A DNA stretch of 59,156 bases, the filler included, from Sphacelaria rigidula (Eukaryota): NCBI GenBank assembly GCA_964200075.2. It is 10 parts of 10 records of this genome, joined end to end, with 100 filler letters (N's around TTAATTAATTAA, not from the genome) between each part and the next. Parts side by side here need not be neighbours in the genome. Positions count along the whole stretch, not along the records: positions 47,407 to 53,231 come from CAXNAA020024166.1; positions 53,332 to 59,156 come from CAXNAA020024167.1; 8 more parts are not named here. The stretch is one strand, 5' to 3'. A program made the translations under genes and the position numbers. Below are positions 48,902-59,156 of this stretch, in pieces. Below the pieces are notes generated by a model that searched no databases, had not been told where the DNA came from, and was given only the letters and a program-made list of their open reading frames with translations. The stretch's first letter is position 1. Every line of letters begins with the position of its first letter.

Positions 48902-50934
48902 TCAAGTACCCAAAGCTTGAATAGAGTAGTGAAATCGTGCTCAACACCAGATATCGGGTAGAGTAATGTCATCGTACCTCACTTGAAATTTGGGTACAGT
49001 GGAGTTTGGAGATTGAACCATTGCCAACACAAAACTCGGGAAAGTTAATTCCCGAGTATTTACAACACCCAGCGCATTATCGGAGGTTCTTTAATTGCAC
49101 TCGGAGAAGAACAAATGAGTGCGCGTTTCTTCAGGCGTTTCGTTGCCTACACTCTTCTTCTATACGTCCACTGATCACTGATCGAATCGGCGTTTTCTTG
49201 ACAAGAAAATTAAATCACCCATTATCCGTCATACTCGGCAGGTGTTACATGTTCTATCTGTCCATCGATCGAATCTGCATTTTGTTCACTCCAAAAATGT
49301 AATCCATAACCCCTTATGCTCAGCAGGTCAGCAGGTGTTTCATCTTCTTATCTGGCCACTGATCGAATCGGCACCTTGTTCACTCGAGAAATAAATGATC
49401 CCTTACAGTATCCATCATGCTAAGCAGGTGTTCATCTGCGGGCGCGCAACCGGTCGGAAAAAAAGCAAAACAAAACAAACGCTTTTTTTTTTTCTTCTTC
49501 TCTCCCTCGTTTCCCCCGCAAACAAGCCCGAAAGCGTGTGTCCGGAACAGTACAGTACAGGGAATAAATATACCCGATATTTTGGTATTTTAAAAAGACA
49601 CACATCACCTGCCCAAGCCAGTCCCGACGACTTGTATGGGCTTCAGAGAGGGGAAAAGAAGTACAGGGCCGGGTGTCGCCGCGGGCATGGGTCGAAGCTC
49701 CACCTTAAAAAAACATATATATATACCGGGTATGCCCTACCCGACCTGCCCTGAAAAAAAAACTCAGCAAAATATGCCGATCCATCTCAAATGTACGTGC
49801 GTACGTAAACCGGCCACGCACGAGGGCCGGAAGAGTCCACCACGTGGTAGGGTGAAGTTGGCGCGACTTGATTCGAGTGTGTGTGCACCGAAATCCGCAT
49901 CTTTGATGGAGTCTGTGCTCGTAGCGTGCACATAACGCGTTCTTGTCTAATAAGGGCGTGTCTTCGCACCTTTTTTTTCTATCGAAAAAATGGGGCGGTG
50001 GAATCGATTTGAGCGAAATTTTCTCGTCTTGGCCCCTCACCGTACCTCGCAGTTCCGTCGCTGATCCCTAAAGTGAGAGAAGATGCGCAAGTTTTTGCCA
50101 ACAAAAAAGAAAGCACACCCGACTACTCCAGTGTATATATCGCTGTGCTCAACTCGTGCTCTGTGCTGCAGGGTCGCGGTGTCGGTTGAGAATGAGTTGG
50201 ATGGAGTTTGTATGGTCCTGCGAACAGGTATGTTATCTGGCGTGGTGGTCTGTAAGATAGGAATCAAGTGCCGCTTCGTGCCTTTCGATCGCATGTTTTC
50301 GATCGAAAACGACTGTTTTTTTACCTCGACATCTTCTCCGCACGCCGCGAATTATATTTTCGAGTTGAACCCTTCTGGGGACATGAATGCGGTGGACCTG
50401 TCAGATCGGCAAAAACAAAAAAATCGACCGCACTTTTTTGATCGAAAAAAAAGTGCTGATACACGCCCTGAATCGGCGCTTCTGGCACCGCGCACGTTGC
50501 CTGGAAAACACTTTGCACCCCCCCCCCCCTACCCGAGGGTTCTCAGTATGCCTTCGTTGGGGTCGGGGTTAAGGTTCGAGTTGGAGTTAGGGTTGGTCAC
50601 CTGTGGGCTCCGAATGATCGGCATTATTTTTTTCACTTGCAACAGTCAGTGAATACAAGGTCCAGACGACCCGGGCGGTCGGTAAAACCGCCCTCCGGGA
50701 TGGGTCATCTGTCGAACCAGAATTTATTTGATCGGCTTTTATGGAAACGAATCTCGATTCTGTGGAGACCTCGAACTCAGATCCGTGCGGTCGTAGCTTT
50801 GTTGTTTTTAGTCCTTGTAAAAAATAGTTGAAGCTAGCTAGGAACAGAAAAATGCCGTCGTCATATCAGATCGATATTTTTCTTTTTCACCACACGTCTT
50901 CGATCGAAAAAATATGTGCGAAGAAACGCCCTGA

Positions 50935-51408
50935 GGCCAACTCTAATGGGAGCCGTTCGAAATTCCTGTCGAAAAGTGCCTTGTGGGTCTTTTTCCGTCG
51001 ATTCGCGCCCGAAAAGAGGGCTTGGCGGATGTTGACGCCTTGGAATGACTTGCTCTACTCTTCGAGACTGTTCGAGGGCAACTCTCCATTCCCCGCTGGC
51101 CGCACTTTTATTTTTGGCCAAATCAGGCCAAACACGGATTTTCAGTGAAAAACGGTCAGGTGATAAAAAAATTTCCCTGTTTTTTTTATCGCTTGATCGT
51201 TTTTCATGGGCAAAAAATATTGGCCGAAAATAAAAGCGCAGCCAGCGGGAAATGCGAAGTTGCCCTGGAACAGTCTCAAATGAGTAGAGCAAGTCATTCC
51301 AAGGCGTCAGCATCCGCCTAGCCCTCTTTTCAGGCGTAAAACCCCCGAGAAGAGCCAAAAAGGCAGTTTTAAAACAGGGATTTCGAACGCCTCCCACTAG
51401 AGTCGATC
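50935..51408. mobile_element. Palindromic (foldback) Harbinger-type element, ~470 bp
   Basis: TIR GGCCAACTCTAATGGGAG / CTCCCACTAGAGTCGATC. Arms complementary for ~200 bp (gacgccttggaatgacttgctctactc vs gagtagagcaagtcattccaaggcgtc). A related fragment lies at ~58490-58610. Confidence 0.75.
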
Positions 51409-52911
51409 TCAGCAAATTATTTTTTGTTCGAAAAAGTGCGGTGGAAAACAATAATTTCCGATCTGATGGATTGATCGTTACCTCAACGTATATGGTGTGA
51501 ACATCAATGACGACCTATCCCGACCTGTCATACCGTTTTTTTTTGTTTCCCGTCCACTCTTTCGATCAAAAACTAACTTCCTACAAACACACGGCCTGAT
51601 GATTGTGAGAAAAGGAGACAAATGAAAATACCCGTGACGCGGATGAATGGACGGACATTTCCTGCTCCCGAAGATTTTTTTGTTTTCCTTATTCTCGCCG
51701 TCGGTATTTTTCGGCTTTTTCATCAACATAAATGTTACCGGTTCTTCGACGACGGCCCTTCTTTGCACTTCAACCCTCCTGACCACAACCGTCGACGGCA
51801 TGTTATTGTACACACAAATCGACCGGTCCAGAGGAAAAAAATGAAATATAAACAGTCAACTCTGCGTCGTTTTTCCTCCGATTCCGTGCCGTGCAGCACT
51901 GCAGCATCACGCCTCTCTTTGAAGCGGAACAGCTTTGAAAGAATAATATATACATATATACATGTGCGTACTGTATGTATTGAATTATATATGTACTATA
52001 CTGTCGTTCTGTTCGACACCCCCCCCTTTTTTGAGGTTCCCTTTTTTTCTCAGAGCGTGTTTCAGTTTCGTTTTTGTTGGGTACGTCCATCACGAGACCA
52101 CGGCAGGACCCCTGGGGGGTCAGTGAAAGTGCGACAATCAGTAAAAAAAATATGTACTATACTCTTGTCTCAGAATGCACGTGCGTACCGCCTGTAGGAA
52201 CCATCATCAAGTATGTAACGATTGGTTCCGCATAAAACCACCACAAGTATACAACTGCAAATTGTAATTGTACCGGAGCATGGTGGAGCATAAAATAGTA
52301 TGGGCTTCGTTTCGATGGACCACAGACCACAGACACGAAAACACCGAACACCGTTCCTCATGGTCGAATCGGAGAACACGTGTCATGGAAGGCCGCGGGG
52401 TTTGGTACATATGTGTATATGCGCGTGGGGAGGGGGGGGGGGGGGGGGGGGGGCGCCCCCAAAAAAAAAAAAAAAAAAAAAAACAGACCGGGCGGGGGGG
52501 AAAAAAAAAAGCGAGGGCGGGGGAGGGGNNNNNNNNNNGTAGGTGGGGGGGGGGGGGGTGGGGGGTTGGGGGGGGGGGGTGGGGGGCGGGGGGGGGGGGG
52601 GAGGGGGGGGGGGGGGGGAAGCACTCTCACGAAACAAAAATCGAATAGAAACAGCGCACACGGGTTAGCAACAACACCCCACCCGTTGCAACCACCACGA
52701 GCACCCGCAGCAAGCTGGTGATGATTGATTGTGGGGGAAAGAGACTGAGGGCGTGTCTTGGCACACTAGTTTTCGATCGAAAAATGTGCGGTGGAAAACA
52801 AAAGTCCTGATCTGATAGGTCGTGATTTCAACCATCTTCAAAATTTTCTGAAAATGATTGAAATCACGACCTATCAGATCGGGATTTTTGTTTTTCACCT
52901 CACAATTCTGG

Positions 52912-53142
52912 GATGGATTTTTTATCACACCATGCCCAACAGTGGAGAGCGACGGTGTCGTGGGTACACAAAATTCGCCGTAACGGTCGACGAGGGAAAG
53001 GGACTACTGAACCCCTCTCGCAATAAAAAAATTAAAGGCAAGCACCGCAGAAGGAAGGTGGGGTACTACAAAGAAACAAAAACGAAAAGCTTCTGTGTTG
53101 ACCTTCCTCCTGTGTGACCCCGGCTGGTGTGTGTGTGTGTTG
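52912..53142 (+). mobile_element. SINE family 1 body with (TG)n tail, 5'-truncated
   Basis: ggattt..tcacac.atgcccaacagtg...gggtacacaaaa...cccctctcgc.ataaaaaa is shared with the reverse complement of 29700-29830; ends in gtgtgtgt. Confidence 0.6.
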
Positions 53143-53173
53143 TCGTCTCATCTATTCTAGACGCCAGTCTGTC

Positions 53174-53231
53174 GCCCCGGTGGCTCAGTGGGTAACCTCG
53201 TAACCTTCTGGTGGTTGAGGTGTGGGGTTCG
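53174..53231 (+). mobile_element. SINE family 1 tRNA-like head (cut by contig end)
   Basis: GCCCCGGTGGCTCAGTGGGTAACCTCGTAACCTTCTGG...GGGGTTCG: A box TGGCTCAGTGG, B box start GGTTCG. Shares CTCG.AACCTTCTG with the 29909 head. Confidence 0.65.
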
Positions 53232-55279
53232 NNNNNNNNNNNNNNNNNNNNNNNNNNNNNNNNNNNNNNNNNNNNTTAATTAATTAANNNNNNNNNNNNN
53301 NNNNNNNNNNNNNNNNNNNNNNNNNNNNNNNACGAAGAGGGGGGATTGTGTCGGGCCGTCCCCCCCCCCCCCCCCCCCCCCCCCCCCGAAATCCCCTCAA
53401 GGTGCACCGACATCCCGTCTTCAGGAGGGTATGTGTACGCATCTCGAAGGGGGGCATATATGTCCCATTGACAGGGGCACATGCAAAGGCTTACCACGAA
53501 ACCCAACACAATCACAACTAAACCTGAGGAACTTGGCGGCCCCGCAAACCAAAAACACACAAGCCGTACCTGCTCATCAGCTGGCACGTTGTGCGTAACC
53601 CTGCTCAAATATGTTCGGAATTCATGAGAAATGATTTGAATGAGACGCGCGTGCAGCACACGCTAACAAAACGGGCGGTAACGATACGTTTTCGGTTGTC
53701 TTTGACACGCACGCGGCCGCCATTCGTCCCAATGCAGAACGGGTTTCCGCCAAACAAAGAGTGTCGTGTTTAGATGAGCAAGGGCTAGCTATGACTTGCG
53801 CGTGATTGGTGGGTGTCTGTCAGTGTTTTTCGGGTGTTGGGTGTGTAGGTGTTGAGTTGCCTCGTTGCGTGATGTCTGCAGCATTACACAGCCCTCGGAT
53901 CTGCTTAGACTAACGACCACTTCCAGACCCGCCGCATTCTGAACCTGCGTGCAGATCTGGGATTCATTTTGTACCAAACTACTAGTGTTGCGCCAAAACA
54001 AAAGTTCGAATGTACGCAGATTTTCGCAAACATAAAATATTTGTATAGGTCACCGGCTTTGATCATCCGCAAAGTAGGTGTAGTTCACACGAGCTAGGTG
54101 CCCCAGAGGAACGACCTATAGCCCAACACACGGCATTTATGAAATGCTGTGTTCAAGGCTTGCTCGTCGCCACAAGTTGCAGGTCGAGAACGTGATCATA
54201 TCCCGCGTTCGGTAGTGTGCATGGTGTTGCTCGGTGCGGGTGCTTTGCGGGGCCCATTGTACGACGATAGGTGGCGACCATGCTTGGTGTTCCGGCGCAC
54301 CACCGCGCCCAGGGCGCAGTATATGGAGTGTACAATCCGCTCGAAAAAGCATTTCATTTGCTTTCGGCGCACTGGAGAACGGCACATTCGTTTGCATGCA
54401 TGTCTGGCGGCGCAGCTGATAGGTTTGAAATTTGAAAACCCCGCCATGACCATTATTTAAAGTGCAGTATAATACGCTGATGCAATGTACGGTCTACAAA
54501 CAGTATACCCGTACCGTAATACTGCATAATCGCATATGATATGCGGCGTAATCATTAGGGCGTAACCGCATCTCATGTTCATTTGAGTACTTTCCTACGG
54601 TGAACCCCCCTTCTTGAGTGCAACTTGAGTTTTGGATTTCTCACCTGTGACCACGTGTTGCATCATGAACCTTTGAAAACTAGTTGGGCACAACACAGGC
54701 AGCATATGCCCAACGATTCCACGCGATTGGGCCTGAGAACACCGCACAACATGGTCCCAACCGATTGTGGGGGGTGCCGTCCATGCGCTCTCAAACCGGC
54801 CATGCAGCTGCCCAGACTTTGCGCACTACAGGTGAAAGCATGTGTGCACGTGCAGATGCACAGACTTGAACATTTAGCGCGGTTGCGCGGCCGATGTGGC
54901 AGATAACTGACATCAGTCTGTACTGCGATTCTCTCTGGATCATGACCGACGGTAGTGTACCGATAAGCACACAGTCTGTAGAGCTACGCACTCCATGACG
55001 CACGACGCTACGCGCGCTTTAGCCGCTGCAAGGCACTGAAACTATGCTCATGTGTTGTACGAACCACAGTCAACAGTTCCAAGTCGCTATATCTGGTATT
55101 GTGTGCTGCAGGAGTGTGCACTGGAGGGAAAAGAGGTCAGACCCTGTCCCAAAAAAATGTTTTTTTTTTCTTCTTTTTGGCGCAACAATGTACTTGTCGA
55201 TACCGGCTGGGTCGGCCAAGACGCGAATTTGTGTTTTGCAGACCCCGTCTCACCTCAAGTTTGGGAAGGGGGAAGAATG

Positions 55280-55413
55280 GGGCATGCTGAAACGCTATCG
55301 CGCGGGACGCATTTTGTTTTCTTCGTCAGTTGACGGTGTTTTTCTGATATCTAAATACTCGTGACGGCCGTAAGAGAAAAAAGCGTCCCGCGCGACAGCG
55401 TTTTAGTGTGCCC
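55280..55413. mobile_element. Small hairpin MITE (GGGCA...TGCCC ends, Harbinger-like)
   Basis: gggcatgctgaaacgctatcgcgcgggacgc vs gcgtcccgcgcgacagcgttttagtgtgccc. Confidence 0.6.
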
Positions 55414-56354
55414 TATTTTTTATTCTTCCTCTCCACCGATTTCGGAGTCTACCTCGCACATTTGAGTTACTGAGAAACTACGACTTAAGAACTGGGCCGG
55501 GCGAAATCCGAAACAGTATTTTCAATTTCGTTGACCGGCCAAGGTTTGGTATTTGTGCCTCGAATCTTTGTGTGGGACCTCGCTAGGCCATAACCGACCA
55601 CACACAGTGGGAAAGGTATATACATATATATATATATATATACATACTTGCTTAGGACGCTTCATTATAGTAAAGACCACATTTCCACGAGAAAGCCCGT
55701 ACCTCTCCAGAAAACAACAACATAGAGGGGCCCCCTTTATTTTCTCCGGCATGCGTTTGCAATCCTCCATGATGAGTTTCTCAACTAGTTCAAATCAAGT
55801 TGAAAAATTGAGATTAGGTCTGAGAGCACTGTCCATTTTCCCTCAAAACTTCCCTGAAAGAACAATGAAAAAAAACAAATGAAGAAAAACGAAAAACGAT
55901 CATTTTTTTCTTCATCATGCAGTGGCGATTTTCCTATCGAAATTTCAAAGCACAACTCTCTAAGACTGAGACGGACTATCTAGATTTGGCGCATCAAGTG
56001 CCTCAGCTCTTCATATGATTTTAGTACAGAAATTCATGCGCGCCATATATCGAGACAAATGAAGAACTAGGCAAAAGTGGAGGTATGAATCGTTTCTCCG
56101 TTCTCCAGGGAATGTCGACACCGAAAACCGTCATCATCCGCTGTATATATCGTTCGGGGTTCCATATAGACTTTGGTATTGACGCTATCTCCGTACGGTA
56201 TAGGAATTACTTGTGATGGGTTTTAATCAACGAGAAAAAAATGACCCAGACTTCTGGGCACATGGGTACCTTCCTCTTGGTTGGACGATTAGTACGATAT
56301 GCATATCACGGCCCAACTCGTTTGTGTCGATGAGATGTTGCTTTGAAAGCTCAA

Positions 56355-56451
56355 CCCTTAGACCGCGAGGTTAGTCTCCTGTTGAATCGGCATCAATTTC
56401 GAGTGAAAAAAAGTATGCATGATCAGAAAGACTAATCTCGCGTAACAAGGG
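56355..56451 (-). mobile_element. Intact 97-bp piggyBac-type MITE
   Basis: TCAA|CCCTTAGACCGCGAG...CTCGCGTAACAAGGG|TTAA. Core gaatcggcatcaatttc is the reverse complement of the 44697-44713 copy. Confidence 0.7.
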
Positions 56452-57345
56452 TTAAATCCTCGTGTAGGCCGGCCCAGCTCGTACGACTCGGGACTGGTCG
56501 TTGTGAGGCCGATCCCCCGGCAAAAAGGGATTGTGAAAAAACACACATGGTTGACTCCGTGAGCTGCTCCGATGCTCCGCGGAGAGACACCATCCCCCCT
56601 TCCCTGAGCTCTGAAAAACCCCTGGATGTCTCGGGACTGTTAGCCTGTACAACTGTTCCGAGGAGGCACTCGTCGTTTAAGGGTTTAGGATGGCCCGTAG
56701 ACCGTTTTTGACAGTCGTTCTTTTGTTGTTTGATTTTTGTTGTTGGTCATTTGATCCAGTTTTTGACCGCCCGAAACGGGTAATATTGTTCTCCGACATG
56801 TCATGAACGCTTTCCACAACCCCGACGAGAGGAGTCTATTGCACTTATCCGATTTCCTCGGCTCCAGGGTTTCGAGGAAAGCCTCTAGAAAAAGATGCAC
56901 TCGGATGTTGCTTCTTTCTCACATGGGTGATGGAAAGTATAATGTGAGCCGATACCCAAACCTTGGCATCTAATTCGCTCAGCTTTTCTTCTCGTAGTCT
57001 TCCAGACGGTTTCGGAAACTGTTTTCGTCGAGAACATTTCACACGTCGGACAAGCACGAGGGTGACTCGTGGCACTACAATAGCACTCGTTGGGTTGATA
57101 GTTCGCTCCTAAACTAAATAGGGCGAGCACTCGAGCAAACCCTGGACAAAAGACTCTTCTGTCAAAATATGTACTGCGTACAGTATGGAATCTATTGTCT
57201 GTTGCAATAGGCGCAATAGCCTATTTTGTACGCAGTATACTTTTTGACTGTGTTCTTTTGTCCAGGGTATGCACCCGAGTCATTGCTCTTCAATATGGCG
57301 ATTATTCGAGTTTTTTATTGTTGTGGAAGAATTAGTAGGGCTAGC

Positions 57346-57530
57346 AATCGAGCCATTGCTCGTTGTCGGGAAAAATAATGGGGCGAGCACTCAAGCCATT
57401 GCTCGTTGTGGGAAAAATAATGGGGCGAGCACTCAAGCCATCGCTTGTGCGGAAAAAAATTAATGGGGCGAGCACTCAAGCCATTGCTTGTGCGGAAAAA
57501 AATAATAAAGCGAGCGCTCAAGTCATTGCT
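57346..57530. repeat. Minisatellite, ~42-43-bp unit, ~4.5 copies
   Basis: cactcaagccattgctcgttgtgggaaaaataatggggcgag repeated head-to-tail with no spacers. Confidence 0.9.
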
Positions 57531-59029
57531 CGTGATGAACGACTCGAGCGGACGAGTCAGCAATCCGACCGGAAAACGATGATGATGAGCAGTTGGACGA
57601 TCTTGAACCTAAAATCTTTAAGTTCATCGTACGCATATCTGCACATGTACAAGCGTCAAGCTCCAAAGCTTGTCTTCATTTTATCCAAGCGCCCCCTCTT
57701 CCGACACACACACACACACACACAGATCAGAGTTTTACTACAACGGCGGGAAGTATATCTTGAGTAGTACATTTAGCGGGTGGGCACTCGAGTCTTTGCT
57801 CGTCGCGGAAAAACGAATGACTCGAGCACACCAGTCATACTCGTTGTATTCTCGAAAAACACCCACGAGAGCACTCGTTTTCACGAGTAATGACTTGTGT
57901 GATGTGCGGGAAATTTGTCGAAAAAATGTCGTCGCCCAGCCATTTCTCAGACTCTTCGTTTGGACGACAGGAAGCGCCCACACTTCATGTGCCGTGATGT
58001 TTTGAACGAACGGACATCTCGAGCTCTTTCCATCGCGAATCCACATCCAAGCAGGCCAATGATGCGTGATTGAGTAAGAACTATCGCGAGGGCTATCGAG
58101 CACTGTCTGGACTGCAGAGCAACTCCCACCGTCAACAGTCGAACCCCTTGAATCGTTTGTTGTTCGTCCGTTGCCGTCTCACTGACTGCCGCGGTCACCA
58201 CAAATCTCATTTGTCCACGGAGAATTTCCGCTACTGGTGCAAAAGCTAGATCTGAAAATCGATTTCGATTGGATTCGAGTTGAGGTCGCCTCTCTTCAGT
58301 TTTTACCCCCATGGCACATTACGCGTCGTTGAATACGAAGCATCGTGAGGGCCAGAGAGCCCTGTCTGGGTTGGGGTGCAACCTTACATGTCAACGTTCG
58401 AACAACTCACATCGACTGTTTTGTCAGCTCTTTCTGTGACATTGTTACTGATGATCGCTGTGTTCCGTAACCTTATTTGCTCGACGAGGATGTCCCGGAA
58501 TCGCCTCAACTAGTAGAGCAGGTCGTTCCAAGGTGTCAAACTCCGCCTCGCCCTCTCTTGGGGCGTTGAACGACGTAAAAGCTCCAGAAAGGCACGTCTC
58601 CAAATTTCGATTTTCGACGTTGCATGGAGAACCACAGAGGTACGCTGAATCATCGAAAAAAAATGAGCCATTAATTTCTCTTGGGAGGGAAGAGGTTAGG
58701 GCGTTCTAGTGGAAAATAGCCGTCGCCATACGGGAACGCCTTCAACCGGTGAAAAGGTGCATACGAATACCAACATGGTCCACTCTGTTTTGTTCATTGT
58801 ACCTTAGTAAGGCCCCACACAAAATTCCAATGCACAAACATCAAACGTGGGCCGGTAGGTGGCCTGCAAAATATTGTTCCGACTCTTCACCGAGATTACT
58901 ACACGGCCCATTCGTCGGCCATTCCAGCGTTGGACCCTAAAATTTGGTATGGAAAATGATGAGGATATATGTTTAAACATATCATCTCTGCACATGGAGT
59001 TTTTTTAGTTTCATGAGTTGAGGGCAATA

Positions 59030-59156
59030 CAGGCTGGTTCACGGTGATCACCCAAAATTGTGTCATCAACAAATGCCTCCCGCAATACGCACCCATTAGT
59101 CGCATATATGGTATCATACTGACCGCAATGTAAAGAAGAAAAGGGCGACATAGCCA
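59030..59156 (+). mobile_element. Family A copy 4 (left end only)
   Basis: TA|CAGGCTGGTTCACGGTGATCACCCAAAATTGTGTCATCA..., matches the start of copy 1. Confidence 0.85.

Noticed and set aside
52427..52620. G-quadruplex or poly-Pro/Gly ORFs
   Set aside because: Homopolymer runs around a 10-N gap; likely low-quality sequence.
53174..53231. Functional tRNA gene (also 35406-35456 and 41800-41860)
   Set aside because: No convincing anticodon arm; the heads continue into repeated bodies with simple-repeat tails, i.e. SINEs.
57346..57530. CRISPR-like array
   Set aside because: Head-to-tail units with no unique spacers, no cas genes, eukaryotic context.

Overview
Eukaryotic, repeat-rich DNA, most likely from a brown alga (Phaeophyceae; inferred from an EsV-1-7-type repeat gene, GTGAG/GTGCG-type introns and the transposon repertoire). 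The window is not a real locus. It is ten contigs of 5826/5825 bp joined by artificial 100-nt spacers (N44-TTAATTAATTAA-N44), so adjacency across gaps means nothing. Host genes: the first two exons of an ISWI-type SNF2 remodeller with an N-terminal HMG box and AT-hook (minus strand, runs off the left edge); a C-C-C-H (EsV-1-7) tandem-repeat protein with its array in one exon; three internal exons of a coiled-coil protein with a probable GC-AG intron; and the acidic terminal exon of an unknown gene. Mobile DNA: a decayed Ty3/gypsy chromovirus (integrase, chromodomain, extra Tudor-like tail, and an LTR with a PPT on one side and a PBS on the other); a decayed, RT-less Ty1/copia; two tRNA-derived SINE families; and non-autonomous Tc1/mariner-, piggyBac-, hAT- and PIF/Harbinger-type elements, including a three-level nest. 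The best candidates for new biology are the EsV-1-7 array with position-restricted hypervariability (possible repeat code), the chromo+Tudor-like integrase tail, and the HMG/AT-hook-ISWI fusion. All calls are by eye; no database searches were run.
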